From an uncultured virus (IMG/VR IMGVR_UViG_3300029305_009146) (Duplodnaviria > Heunggongvirae > Uroviricota > Caudoviricetes), in the IMG/VR virus record IMGVR_UViG_3300029305_009146: 64,000 bases of DNA; one strand, written 5' to 3'. Positions within the stretch are counted from its first letter, which is position 1. Each line of letters starts with the position of its first letter. Of this stretch, positions 45,413-56,033 are shown piece by piece. The notes under the pieces were generated by a model. It saw only the letters and a list, made by a program, of their open reading frames with translations. It was not told where the DNA came from and did no database searches. Made by a program: the position numbers and the translations under genes.

Positions 45413-48400
45413 TTATCTGTAATTAAGAGTGAACATCATTCCGGTCTTTTCTGAACTAAACGTTACAGAAAGCGGCAAGGTTGTTTCTCTTAAAATCTTA
45501 AAGAGCTCCTTCTCGGAAGCGGGCACGGTATATACATCGTCACCAACAGAGATAGTCATCTTTGTATCTGCCGGGAATTTGGTTACCTGACCACACGAAA
45601 GTAATCTTTCAATGTACTCTTCTGCTGTAATAGCTCCGCTTCTAAGATTCTCGGTCATAACCGGAACAAACCATAATTCTTCATCACCCTTCGCCATGCC
45701 TTCCGGAACAAAGTCCGCGGTATAAATACCATGGAACTTTTTCTTGCGTCTGAAGAGTAAAATCAACAAACAGGATACGCCACCGGCTCCGGTAACAGTA
45801 ACCGGGATAGCTGCCGGAATAAGGTCTACGATTCTATCCTGCAATTCTTCCGGCTCCGGATTTGGTGTGGGTTCCGGTGTCGGTGCAGGCGTGTTTGTAG
45901 GAGCCGGCGTACTTGTCGGTGCCGTTGTCGGAACCGGAGTGTTTGTTGGCATTGGAGTAGCGGTAGGCGCTACAGTTGCCGCAGGCTCCGGGGTCGGAGT
46001 TGCTGTAGGCTTCGGTGTCGCCGTTGGCTTAGGTGTAGCCGTAGGAAGCGGCGTAGCTGTCGGAGCCGGGGTTACAGTCGGAACCGGAGTTGCTGTCGGT
46101 ACCGGGGTACTTGTAGGTGCAACTGTCGGCGTAGGTGCGACTGTTGGTGTCGGCAACGGAGTTGTAGTCGGTCTCGGGGTAGGTGTTATCTTAATCACCG
46201 GATACCACGGAATCGGTGTTGCCGTAGGCATCGGAGTCGCAGTCGGGACTGGCGTTGCCGTCGGGACCGGAGTGGCTGTAGGTGCCACAGTCGGTGTTGG
46301 AAGCGGAGTTGCTGTCGGCATTGGAGTAGCACTTGGTACAGGTGTCACTGTAGGTGTCGGCTTTGGAGTTACTGTTGGTGTAGGAGCCGGTTTGTATCCG
46401 GGCACCTTGGTATCATCATCAAAGCCCTTCCAAGTGACGACAACAGTGTTGTCACCTTCTTTTTCAACCGTATCTGGGGTGTAGGTGCACTCGTTCGGGT
46501 TAACCACTTCCGGAGTTACGTACGTACCGTCGATAAGCGGAGTGAAATTTGCGATTACATCAAAATCGTCCTGGGAAATCTCTGTACCTACAAGCAGTTT
46601 ATCTCCTGTATAGGTCGCCTCGATACCTGCATATGTATAGCCCCATGTAATAAAGGAGTCAGATAATCCTTTCCATACAACAACATGTTCGTTATTACCG
46701 ATTACATCTACCTTAAGAGTAGAAATGGTACACTCGTCTACGGGAACCGGAATGGTCATAGGGGTTCCACCGTTTACCGGAGTGGTAACAGCTTCCACTG
46801 CAATATCATCCTTATCAATCACGCTTCCGGTAAGATTGTCGATTGGACCGGAATAAGTTACGATAATTCGGTCGTATCCATATCCCGGGATGTCTACATC
46901 TGCACTAAGACCGGTATCCGCGTTGTCAATGGTAAAGGTGTTTGCTCCTACTCGTGTAATTTCCAAAGAAGGAATCGTACACTCTTCTATCGGAATTTCA
47001 AAAGGAGTAAGAGTGCTGCCGTCACGCTTCTCTGTATAAGAACAAACAACGGTAATATCATTTTTGTCAGCCTTTTCTCCGACAAGAATTGCGTCTCCGC
47101 CATAGGTGGCGGTAAGCTCCTTGTAATCGTAACCCCATACATCAAAGGTATCAGAGAAACCGTCCCAGGTAACAGCGAAATCGTTTTCACCGATGGTGGT
47201 GATGGAATCACTGGATAAAACGTACTCGGTTTCATCAAGAGTAATATCCGGCAAGGTGGTACCGTCCTGTAACGGGGAATACGTTGCAATAACGGTCAGC
47301 TTATCCGCATCAAGCTCGGTTCCCACAAACAGGTTGTCCTCGTTGTAGGTTGCTTCAATACCGGAAATCTCATAGCCCCATGTATGGAAGGAATCAGACA
47401 TGCCCTCCCACGTAACTACGTGTTCATTGTCGCCGGTATTTTCTACATCAAGGGTAGATATGGTACAATCTTCGATATCTACCGGAACAGTTGTTGTTCC
47501 GCTACCGGTATCCGGTAGGATTGCTACTACCGTAATATCATCCTTATCAATCACTGTATCCACCGGGTTGTCAACCGGGCCGGTGTAAGTTACCTTAATG
47601 CCTTCATAATCATACCCCGGAATAACCGCGGTTGTGTTCTTGAGAGCCGGTGGGTACTGTACCGGGAAGGAATTGTCTCCATCAACCGTAATTCTTAATT
47701 GCGGAATGATACAATCTGTATAAGGAATGGATAACGGAGTCTTCGGGACACCGTTACTACCGACTGTAAAAGTCAGGGTAAAGGATAAATCGCTCTTATT
47801 GGCGTCGTTACCAACCAAGATGGATGGGCCATTGTATGTACAAAGAAGCTTGTCATAGTCATAGCCCCAAACATCAAACGTAAGGTTTTGATACGTAAAC
47901 GTATTTTCCTCTGTCACTGTAATGGTAAAGACAGTGTCGGTAAGTTGGTCCAGAGTTGTGGTTTCTGTTGTTCCGTCAGCGTATTCGTTTTCAACAACAA
48001 CATCCGCATTGTCAACAGCCGTGCCCACAAACAGGTCATCTCCGATATATTCGGCGGTAGCCCGAACCGGAACCTTCTTAAGCGTCATCTCGGTTGAGAA
48101 CACATTGGTGAGTGGAATATCCTGCTCCGGATAGTCTGTTCTGTGGTCGTACGGATGTCCCCACAGCATAGCCATGGAATACACATCAGTATAACCTCTC
48201 TCATAGAGTTCCGGCAACACAACAACCACCGGTTCTTCGGAAGTGACATTTGTGGAAGAGCCAAAGATATCCTTTGTTCCAATCACTTTATCGGTGTAAG
48301 CATTCAAGATTGCAGTCTTTTCCGCTTCGGATGCGACACCGATTAACTTCTGTGTTTCCGCGTTTGCATAATAGGCTTGTGCCGTTCTCATGGAAGATGC

Positions 48401-51400
48401 AGGAATTTCTACATTACCAATCTTTGCATAGGAAATGTAGTAAACCTCATCCGGAGAGGATGTGTTTTCCTGGAAATCAACGTAAAAGTAAATGCAGTTA
48501 TCTTCCATCGCAATACTACTTGCGGATACGGAGGTAGGATAGGCTTCTCTTCCGCCGCTGAGAGTGGAGGTTGAACGACTAGCCATGCCATATCTAGGAG
48601 AGGAAATGTAATCCATCTTTAATGTAGGAACATAGTCGCCCGCTATTTCCTGGTATCCGTACAAATGTACCGCATGCGTCTTATCGCCATATCCGGACGT
48701 ATCTTCACTTGTTCCTTCCGCAATATCACGAAGTTCTTCCGGCAACTGAATGATTAACGTGCAATCCTCTGATATCGTCAAATGCCCGTTTTCGTTCAGT
48801 TCGGGTTCTTTGCAGAAATAAGTACTTGTAACACCGCGATATAGGATGCTGTCGCCGTAGGAAATGGACGAATCCTTAATGGAGAAATCAATCGGGTCCT
48901 CCGTAAAGATATCCACATCCTGCATTACCTCAAACGCAGGCGCTTCTTCCGGGCCGTGTTGCATCGGTTTTAAATATACCGTTGCATAGTTGTAATGATA
49001 ATTACCATCACTTTCCATTTTTGCAATCACATATCTCAACGGTTGTCTTTTGAAATACGTGGTATTGCTTTGGCTATTAAAAACAGACAAGTCTGTTCCC
49101 GCTGCAGTCAATAAATCCGCAACAGACATGCGAGAATTGCCGGCTATCATCTCCTGGCGTGACATATCCAACCACGAAGAAATATCCTTATTGTTGTAGG
49201 AATACTCATACTTAAAATCATTTAAGTAAACACCGCTGTGCTTCGAATAGTCATTTCTTCCTTCGTCGTAAAGGTTCAATTGACAGGAGTATTCAGAAAG
49301 AACATCGCCTGATATACGGATGACGAGCTTGTAAACGCCTATCGGTAAATCTTTCGGAAGAATAATGTCATCAGCAACAGATGTATTGCCTCCGCTATCT
49401 CTCGGGACTTCTTTTTCAAGAATCAAACTTCCAGCAGCATTATAAACTGCATAAGAGAGCTTTCCGTTTGCGAGATGCTCTTCATCGGGGATGTATCCCT
49501 GCAAAATAGTAGCCGCGTTCGTCATCTGTGTTTTTTCAAGCTCTGCCGTTATTATTCCTTCATATCCGGGACCAAGGTCTTGGAATGAAACCTCGAAAAA
49601 CATCCAACATCTGTTGTAGGCATTTCTTGGTACATCGATACCACCGGTAAGAGGACCACTCCATGTAGGAGACGGCAAACTGGAGCAAGCATAGGTTTGA
49701 GCCCGACAATAACTCTTAAATCCTTCCGGATAATCAGAGTAATGCGTATTGTAGAGTGTGTTTACCCAGAAAGAAGAATATCCGTCCGGGGTTTCTCCTG
49801 AAAAATCAATATAGGTGTCCTCTACAGTATCCGGGTAAAATTTTACATCAACGTCTTCAGGCGCCGGAATTGTTTCATCAAGGATGAATCTCGGCGGAAC
49901 AATGGTTATTGTGAAATATTCGCTTCGAACAGACTTTGAGGGGTCTGCCGTTCCGTAACATGTGAAGCGGAATTCTTTTTCGTCGCCCTCGCTCCAGCTA
50001 GAGGTGTCAACAACCATAGAGTATGTTTTTTCTCCGACCGTGGAGCCCGGGATATTGGTGATTGTTAAATCTTCGTATTCAGTCTCGTGTCCCCAGTCGT
50101 CAAACAAATAAATTTCGTTCTCATTTATTCCGGTTCCCGAGAAAGAAACTGTTGTTTTCTTTCCTTCAAGGGCCTCTTGGTCTTGCGGCTGTTCGGTAAT
50201 CGCAAGGATGTTACTCGGGTTAAGACCGTCCACTGAGACCGTAATATTTAAATCAGGCATACTCATTTCACCGGAAGCAGTTTGAGTCATCGGCATTGGG
50301 TTCGAGAACTCAAGTCCCCATTCGTCCCACACAACCACTTTACCATCCTCTGCCGTCGCCTCAAAAGAGAGAGAATCATTCCGTCCCAAATAAAAATACA
50401 TGGTTTTATTTGTCCCGTGCACATCTGCATCGTAAGTCCAAGAATCAGAGGTTGTTCGGTTCTCTGGGTCTTGTGCGATATATCCGTCAATAACACTAAT
50501 ATCATAATTAGTGTATCTGTTAGTGATGTTTACGGTTGCTTCTTTAATTCCTTCGCCGATATCAAAAACAAGCCTATAAAAATAATGCGATTCTGCAGAA
50601 ATAAAAACATCGTTGTTAGGCATAGTCAGCGTATCGGAATCCGTTCCAGAGGTAACGGTATAATATTTACTCCAATCACTGTTTCGTGCAGTCAAAACCG
50701 AAGTGGAAAGACCTCTGTAATCGGAATAGGAATACTTTCCGTTTTTAGGGATAACGCGGATTGTGGACCCTGGCAAACAAGTCATGGTTGAGTTAGAAAA
50801 GGTCACATCGCCACTTGTAATGTTTCCGGACGGGTCCGTAACCTCCCATGACCAGGACCCATTCATGCCGATAAATTTTACCGTATATGGTGTAGAGTTT
50901 TCTGTTACTTCGTACTCTCTTGCATACAATGTTACCGGTTCATATATCCATTCGCCCATATAAGGGGCATGGGTGACCATATATTTGTCTTCTTCTGTCC
51001 GCTTATCTACATATGTAATGTTGATAGCTGCAGTTTCGTTATTCGGGTTAAATGTCGAAATGTCGGTTCCTTCCGGAATAAGCACATACCCACCGGTTGC
51101 TGTCCAACACGTACTACTTCCCTGCACAGAGAAAGATAAGCTCGGGGTAGAACCAAAAGGCGAAAAGTCATGTTCTCTTCCGGCAAGATTAGAAACGGCA
51201 ATGTCTCTGTCAAGTTCCGGAATTCCGGTTTTAACGAATTGGTATGCTCTCATATCCATATTCCCGGTTTGGGAAGCAGATATAAAATTACCATCTGTAT
51301 CATAGAAGCGCTGCACTATACGTACCTGCTCGGATAATGCAATCCAGCCGGTAAAAAGTGTTCCTTCATTACCACTAGACGTTATCTTGTTGGTAATCAT

Positions 51401-53266
51401 GGTGTCATCGTCATAATCGACATATCCCCATAATCCCTGCCCACAAGAGTTGCTTCCGCCCCAATAAGGGAACGCTTCGGATGCAAGACCGGAGTCCGGA
51501 AGACAAATTCTTGAAATACGAGTTTCTCCAATCGGGGAACGGGTGTAATCTTTTACATATGCATCAAGGTTGTTAAACGCTTTGCCAAAATCCCACGTAG
51601 ATAAGTCAAGAACAGCTAAACCATCAAGGCCGCTGAAACAATGTGTCATGTTAGCGACTTGAGAAGTGGTCCATCCGGAAACGTTCAACTCGGAGAGTTT
51701 TCCGCAACCAAAGAATACCTTCTGCATATATTCCACGTTTGAAGTATTCCAGTTAGATACATCAAGCACTTCGACTGCAGAACATCCCGAAAAGAGTTCG
51801 GACATGTTAGTAACATTGTCCGTATCCCAGCCGGAAACATCGATAACTGCAAGCTTGGTGCAGCCACTGAACATGCTTTCAAGATTTGTGGTATTGCTTG
51901 TACACCATCCGGATACGTCAACTGTCTCCAGATTACCACAACGGAAGAACATGTAAGAAAGATTAATAGCGTTTTGTAAATCCCAATTAGAGGTATTTAA
52001 AGATTGTAATGCGGTACAATCTTTAAACATGTTGGATAAGTCTTCTGCACTAATTGGGGTCCATCCGGATACATCTACCATAGTTAAAAGCCTGCAACCG
52101 CTAAACATGTTGGCGAATCCGGTTACGTTGCTTACATTAAAATTAGAAACATCAACAGATAAAAGTGCAGTACAGCCGGAAAACATAGCGGACATTCTGG
52201 TTGCAGACGTGGTATCCCAGTGAGCGATGTCTACTGATTCCAACGCCGCACATCCGGAAAAGAAAGAACCGAAGTTCTCGACGTTTTCTGTTCTCCACCC
52301 CGTCGTAACAAGGTCTGTCAGAGAAGAACATCCGCTCACAAATCCGGTCATGTTCGTGACGTTATAAACGTTAAGCAGGCTTACATCCAATGAAGTAAAG
52401 CTTCTGCAGTTGCTAAACATGTATCTTAAACTGGTCGGGTGCGCAGATGCGAACGGCGTAAGGTCAATGTTCTCAAGCGAACCCCAGTTATAGAAATACC
52501 AGTCGAAATCCTTTACCGCCGATACATCAAAAAGCGGGCCATAGGAAATGGAGGTCGCATTTGCGAAGTTGGAAAAAAACTGCTCGGAGCCTTCGCTAAG
52601 CACACAGTTTGCATAAACCTCCGTAACGTACCAGGAATAATCATTCCACGGGTAATAATGATTGCCCACAACATCAAGATACGGTCTGGTATGGGTACCG
52701 GTAAAATTCATACGTCCCTGACGGGTGATTTCCCAGTTAATTCCATCTTCATAACCTTGCGCGATGTTATTGGTCCCTTCTACAAGAAAGGCACCAACAA
52801 TCTCGACATCTTCTGCCGGCATCACAAACTCCGGAGCAAGATGGTCTAATACGCTCATATCTATCTGCTCTGATTTAAGCCCGTCAAATTCATAACCGGA
52901 ATCACTGAGCATAGAGAAACGGACAGTATCTCCGGCTGTGACATCTATCTCAAACGAGTTAGACGAACGTACAAGCTCATCGTTTACATAGATTTCTACA
53001 GAGCCGTTTGGAGTCACTGTACATTTTAAGGAATAAGTCTCTCCTGTATTAATTGGCGCCGGGGAATACATAAGTGCACTACCCGTTACCGGGCGCGTCA
53101 TCCCAAGTGTTTGTATTGCATTCGATGTTGAACCCTCGTTCTGAGACGAAACGGTCGCACCGTCAGCAAACACACTTGAAATCGGAACGCTTGTGAGTGC
53201 GATTGCTAATGCAAGGAGCATTGCAAGGCACTTCTTAAATTTTCCGTTTGAAACCTTGTTCTTCAT
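45413..53266 (-). CDS. Giant surface protein: BspA/DUF285-type leucine-rich repeats, Ig-like repeats, PT stalk, TM, cytoplasmic tail
   Basis: MFSGCxxLxxxDVSxWxTxNVxN repeats; ~80-aa ATYxG...WGY repeats; PTATP repeats. Confidence 0.9.
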   Translation of the reverse strand: MKNKVSNGKFKKCLAMLLALAIALTSVPISSVFADGATVSSQNEGSTSNAIQTLGMTRPVTGSALMYSPAPINTGETYSLKCTVTPNGSVEIYVNDELVRSSNSFEIDVTAGDTVRFSMLSDSGYEFDGLKSEQIDMSVLDHLAPEFVMPAEDVEIVGAFLVEGTNNIAQGYEDGINWEITRQGRMNFTGTHTRPYLDVVGNHYYPWNDYSWYVTEVYANCVLSEGSEQFFSNFANATSISYGPLFDVSAVKDFDWYFYNWGSLENIDLTPFASAHPTSLRYMFSNCRSFTSLDVSLLNVYNVTNMTGFVSGCSSLTDLVTTGWRTENVENFGSFFSGCAALESVDIAHWDTTSATRMSAMFSGCTALLSVDVSNFNVSNVTGFANMFSGCRLLTMVDVSGWTPISAEDLSNMFKDCTALQSLNTSNWDLQNAINLSYMFFRCGNLETVDVSGWCTSNTTNLESMFSGCTKLAVIDVSGWDTDNVTNMSELFSGCSAVEVLDVSNWNTSNVEYMQKVFFGCGKLSELNVSGWTTSQVANMTHCFSGLDGLAVLDLSTWDFGKAFNNLDAYVKDYTRSPIGETRISRICLPDSGLASEAFPYWGGSNSCGQGLWGYVDYDDDTMITNKITSSGNEGTLFTGWIALSEQVRIVQRFYDTDGNFISASQTGNMDMRAYQFVKTGIPELDRDIAVSNLAGREHDFSPFGSTPSLSFSVQGSSTCWTATGGYVLIPEGTDISTFNPNNETAAINITYVDKRTEEDKYMVTHAPYMGEWIYEPVTLYAREYEVTENSTPYTVKFIGMNGSWSWEVTDPSGNITSGDVTFSNSTMTCLPGSTIRVIPKNGKYSYSDYRGLSTSVLTARNSDWSKYYTVTSGTDSDTLTMPNNDVFISAESHYFYRLVFDIGEGIKEATVNITNRYTNYDISVIDGYIAQDPENRTTSDSWTYDADVHGTNKTMYFYLGRNDSLSFEATAEDGKVVVWDEWGLEFSNPMPMTQTASGEMSMPDLNITVSVDGLNPSNILAITEQPQDQEALEGKKTTVSFSGTGINENEIYLFDDWGHETEYEDLTITNIPGSTVGEKTYSMVVDTSSWSEGDEKEFRFTCYGTADPSKSVRSEYFTITIVPPRFILDETIPAPEDVDVKFYPDTVEDTYIDFSGETPDGYSSFWVNTLYNTHYSDYPEGFKSYCRAQTYACSSLPSPTWSGPLTGGIDVPRNAYNRCWMFFEVSFQDLGPGYEGIITAELEKTQMTNAATILQGYIPDEEHLANGKLSYAVYNAAGSLILEKEVPRDSGGNTSVADDIILPKDLPIGVYKLVIRISGDVLSEYSCQLNLYDEGRNDYSKHSGVYLNDFKYEYSYNNKDISSWLDMSRQEMIAGNSRMSVADLLTAAGTDLSVFNSQSNTTYFKRQPLRYVIAKMESDGNYHYNYATVYLKPMQHGPEEAPAFEVMQDVDIFTEDPIDFSIKDSSISYGDSILYRGVTSTYFCKEPELNENGHLTISEDCTLIIQLPEELRDIAEGTSEDTSGYGDKTHAVHLYGYQEIAGDYVPTLKMDYISSPRYGMASRSTSTLSGGREAYPTSVSASSIAMEDNCIYFYVDFQENTSSPDEVYYISYAKIGNVEIPASSMRTAQAYYANAETQKLIGVASEAEKTAILNAYTDKVIGTKDIFGSSTNVTSEEPVVVVLPELYERGYTDVYSMAMLWGHPYDHRTDYPEQDIPLTNVFSTEMTLKKVPVRATAEYIGDDLFVGTAVDNADVVVENEYADGTTETTTLDQLTDTVFTITVTEENTFTYQNLTFDVWGYDYDKLLCTYNGPSILVGNDANKSDLSFTLTFTVGSNGVPKTPLSIPYTDCIIPQLRITVDGDNSFPVQYPPALKNTTAVIPGYDYEGIKVTYTGPVDNPVDTVIDKDDITVVAILPDTGSGTTTVPVDIEDCTISTLDVENTGDNEHVVTWEGMSDSFHTWGYEISGIEATYNEDNLFVGTELDADKLTVIATYSPLQDGTTLPDITLDETEYVLSSDSITTIGENDFAVTWDGFSDTFDVWGYDYKELTATYGGDAILVGEKADKNDITVVCSYTEKRDGSTLTPFEIPIEECTIPSLEITRVGANTFTIDNADTGLSADVDIPGYGYDRIIVTYSGPIDNLTGSVIDKDDIAVEAVTTPVNGGTPMTIPVPVDECTISTLKVDVIGNNEHVVVWKGLSDSFITWGYTYAGIEATYTGDKLLVGTEISQDDFDVIANFTPLIDGTYVTPEVVNPNECTYTPDTVEKEGDNTVVVTWKGFDDDTKVPGYKPAPTPTVTPKPTPTVTPVPSATPMPTATPLPTPTVAPTATPVPTATPVPTATPMPTATPIPWYPVIKITPTPRPTTTPLPTPTVAPTPTVAPTSTPVPTATPVPTVTPAPTATPLPTATPKPTATPKPTATPTPEPAATVAPTATPMPTNTPVPTTAPTSTPAPTNTPAPTPEPTPNPEPEELQDRIVDLIPAAIPVTVTGAGGVSCLLILLFRRKKKFHGIYTADFVPEGMAKGDEELWFVPVMTENLRSGAITAEEYIERLLSCGQVTKFPADTKMTISVGDDVYTVPASEKELFKILRETTLPLSVTFSSEKTGMMFTLNYR
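45860..46390 (-). repeat. Coding 18-bp degenerate tandem repeat (PTATPV-type)
   Basis: Hexapeptide repeats with synonymous variation. Confidence 0.85.
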
Positions 53267-53346
53267 GCGTTTTCGTCCTTTCTTTTCTTAAATATCAAAC
53301 TCCCGGCATGCGGGAGCTGTGCGCAATATTCATTTGCCAGAGCCGG

Positions 53347-53589
53347 TTATGCTTCGAATTTCTTGATTGCCTCAAAGAAACGGTCGGCATCCGCGTCATC
53401 CTTATAGGCGACAATGGAAATCGGCTTGGATAAATCCAGCGCGAGCAAGCCCATGACGGATTTGGCGTCGATAACATATCTGCTGTTTGCGGTGCTTACC
53501 GCGTCTACATCGAACTCACACCTTGCAACAATGAGCTCGAACTCCTTTAACTTCTCAATCTCGTTTAACTTAACCTTTAGTTCTCTCAT
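53347..53589 (-). CDS. HPr-like protein lacking the His15 motif
   Basis: IDAKSVMGLLAL (Ser46 region) present; no HARP motif. Confidence 0.8.
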   Translation of the reverse strand: MRELKVKLNEIEKLKEFELIVARCEFDVDAVSTANSRYVIDAKSVMGLLALDLSKPISIVAYKDDADADRFFEAIKKFEA

Positions 53590-53708
53590 AATTACTCTCC
53601 TTTTACATTATTTTATTTTCCCGACACCCCCTGCGGAGCTCCCGCAGGAGATACCGGGCAGAAGCAAAAACAGAAAAGAGCTGACCAGCAAATCCTTCCG
53701 CTTGGCGG

Positions 53709-53774
53709 TTAGAAACCGGTAAACTTAATCTGTTTTCTTAACCGGTGGATAAAACGATACCGTTTGTGAATCAA
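53709..53774 (-). CDS. Putative 21-aa basic peptide MIHKRYRFIHRLRKQIKFTGF
   Basis: AAGGAGTGG RBS, TTG start, TAA stop, inside a structured leader. Confidence 0.4.
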   Translation of the reverse strand: MIHKRYRFIHRLRKQIKFTGF

Positions 53775-53862
53775 AAATACCACTCCTTTTTGTTATACTC
53801 TCCCGCTGCAGTTGGCAGCGGGATGTATTATAAAGCTCTTGGCTGCTTTGCGCTATGTATCT

Positions 53863-53891
53863 GTTAAGGGAAATAATTTATCAAAAATAAA
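53863..53891 (-). promoter_or_regulatory. Element promoter-like motif TTTATT-N16-CCTTAAC
   Basis: Exact match. Confidence 0.75.
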
Positions 53892-53893
53892 AC

Positions 53894-54448
53894 TTATTTC
53901 ACTTTTTTTACATATTTGTCGATTTCTCTATCAAGCCATCTAAAATCATTTGTTCCATCAACCGCGGCATACATGTCCGAAAAGTTTACGATTACATCTT
54001 CATCTTTTTTGATGGTATAAGAAACGGTATCATAGACGATACTGTTGTCTTTATAGAGCGCATCCGCAAACAAATAAAATCCGAGAAAGTGAAAGAATTT
54101 CTTGTCGCAGAGCGGATTGTCGGTAAAAATCCCGATTTTTCGGCAAAGAAACGAAAATACCTTATCTATTCTTGATAGAAACAGATAGCACGGGAACCAA
54201 ACAAGGAAGTTCGGTCCTGCAAGAAATTGATACGAAACCTCTACAAATCCGGTTTTTATGAACAGGTGAAGCACAAGAATAATCAGCATAACCACCTGGT
54301 AGGCTGAGGCAAACCCCGAAAAGTGTTCTCTGGCATGAAATGCTCTGACACTTACCTTTCCATGAGCCTCCACATACATATCCATAAGTTCTTTCGCAGT
54401 ATATTTCTCGGGTAAAATCACATCTGTGACAACAATGTTTTCTACCAT
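53894..54448 (-). CDS. Membrane protein
   Basis: Hydrophobic segments; RBS. Confidence 0.65.
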   Translation of the reverse strand: MVENIVVTDVILPEKYTAKELMDMYVEAHGKVSVRAFHAREHFSGFASAYQVVMLIILVLHLFIKTGFVEVSYQFLAGPNFLVWFPCYLFLSRIDKVFSFLCRKIGIFTDNPLCDKKFFHFLGFYLFADALYKDNSIVYDTVSYTIKKDEDVIVNFSDMYAAVDGTNDFRWLDREIDKYVKKVK

Positions 54449-54460
54449 ATAATCCTCTCC

Positions 54461-55042
54461 TTATAGCTTGTTTACTTCTATCATGTAACCGTCATCGGTG
54501 CATACAAGACGCCCGGATGGCTGCAATTGGGTGCCGTACTTGATTTTGTGGGTCGCTATTAAATTTGCATCACAAAGGCATGAAAAAACGTTATGGATGC
54601 CGGAATAATGCGGAATCATCATTGGGAAACGTGCTACGCCACGTCTTGTCTCCGGAGCTGACAGTACAAACCCATCCATGGACACCGTGTTGATAAATTC
54701 TTTTTCTTTGGACGGCATTGCTTCTTTTGCCATAATGTACGCTTTTGCCCGCACACCATTGCTTTTGCTGAACATCTTGCATTTGAGAACAACGTGTTTC
54801 CCGGTATAATTTCGGATATTTTTAAGGACCTTTCCGGGGGTTATTACCTCAACAACGTCTTTTCCAGGCCCTAAAGAAACACGGACGCGGTAAAATGTAT
54901 CAAGCCACGCTTCTCTTTCCACCGGGAATCCTTCTAAAAGAATTCCACAAAGGGTTAGCTCAGCTTCTTTGTCTTTTGTTAAAAGGTCTACATTTTTGTC
55001 CAACTGCTTATCGGAAGGTAATACATACGTTTTTTTGCTCAT
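54461..55042 (-). CDS. Possible tandem OB-fold / SSB-like protein
   Basis: LTLCG..L..P and NTVSMDGFV..PETR halves; weak similarity. Confidence 0.4.
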   Translation of the reverse strand: MSKKTYVLPSDKQLDKNVDLLTKDKEAELTLCGILLEGFPVEREAWLDTFYRVRVSLGPGKDVVEVITPGKVLKNIRNYTGKHVVLKCKMFSKSNGVRAKAYIMAKEAMPSKEKEFINTVSMDGFVLSAPETRRGVARFPMMIPHYSGIHNVFSCLCDANLIATHKIKYGTQLQPSGRLVCTDDGYMIEVNKL

Positions 55043-55076
55043 AAAATACTCCTTTTTCTAAATTATTTCTTTTGTT

Positions 55077-55106
55077 GTTAAGGAAAAAAATATAATGAAA
55101 AATAAA
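55077..55106 (-). promoter_or_regulatory. Element promoter-like motif TTTATT-N17-CCTTAAC
   Basis: Spacer one base longer than consensus. Confidence 0.7.
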
Positions 55107-55136
55107 AAAGAGGCTTGTTCCAGCCTCTTCTTTTTC

Positions 55137-55712
55137 TTATTTGTCTGTAGAGCCGAATCCGCTGACGCGCTCCACATCTTTCACGCGAAGCCCTTCTTCC
55201 GGGCGAAGATACTTCTGAAATACACCCTGACCAATGCGGTCTCCTACTTTAAGGGTTACTGTCCATGGAAAGAAATTATAAAACGCAAACCTAATTTCGC
55301 CATCATCGTCCGAGTTATCCGCATAATCTGCGTCAACGACCCCGACAGAATTGGCGAGTACCAGACCTTTCTTCTTCGGTCCGGAACTACGATTATAAAG
55401 GAATAACGCCTCATCTGCGTACATCCTTGCTTTGACACCGGTATGAACCAGCGTCGGATGGAACAGTTTCTTTGCGTTTTCTTTCGCCGGCGGATTTGGG
55501 ATTACCGCTGAGCCCTTTGTAAGCAAACATGCGATTAGATGGCTCCAAATGCTCGGAATCACAACGTCTTCTGCACAAAAGAAATCTGCACCTGCGGAAT
55601 GTCTGGTCTGATACTCCGGTAATTGTGCTTCCGGATAAGCCATTACCTCTTCGCCGTTTTCAATTACCAGCTTTCCGTCTTCCATCTTTCTTGCAAAATA
55701 AAATCCTCTCAT
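55137..55712 (-). CDS. dut: Trimeric dUTPase
   Basis: SAGADF, RSSG, GVVDADY, RIGQG and RVSGFGST motifs. Confidence 0.95.
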   Translation of the reverse strand: MRGFYFARKMEDGKLVIENGEEVMAYPEAQLPEYQTRHSAGADFFCAEDVVIPSIWSHLIACLLTKGSAVIPNPPAKENAKKLFHPTLVHTGVKARMYADEALFLYNRSSGPKKKGLVLANSVGVVDADYADNSDDDGEIRFAFYNFFPWTVTLKVGDRIGQGVFQKYLRPEEGLRVKDVERVSGFGSTDK

Positions 55713-56029
55713 TACAGTTCCTCCTTATTTTTTATCTCATGAATTTTCAGGGTGTAGTATTCTACCCCATCTTCTGCGCCCCATGTGGGGTTCCCAGTCT
55801 TGATATCCAGACTACACTTCGCAATGAAGCTCGGAGATTTGCCGCTGTATCCATTACGAAACATGATTTCATGAGTATCTGTACCGATTGGAATACAAGA
55901 ATATGGATGCATTTCAAATATCCCTTTGAACCGGGATTGATAATACGGTTTCACTTCCCGGTATTCTTCTTTCTTTACACCGGAAAGAATCATATCATAC
56001 CATTTCTTTTTGATTGGTAAAATAAGCAT
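55712..56029 (-). CDS. ASCH-domain protein
   Basis: LPIKKKWYDMILSGVKKEEYRE (GxKxxExR). Confidence 0.8.
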   Translation of the reverse strand: MLILPIKKKWYDMILSGVKKEEYREVKPYYQSRFKGIFEMHPYSCIPIGTDTHEIMFRNGYSGKSPSFIAKCSLDIKTGNPTWGAEDGVEYYTLKIHEIKNKEEL

Positions 56030-56033
56030 AAGA

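Noticed and set aside
45860..46390. CRISPR-like or non-coding tandem repeat
   Set aside because: Degenerate in-frame PT hexapeptide repeats inside the adhesin; no constant repeat with unique spacers seen anywhere in the window
45744..46484. 246-aa + strand ORF and other + strand ORFs such as 17783..18433
   Set aside because: Antisense shadows of low-complexity minus-strand genes
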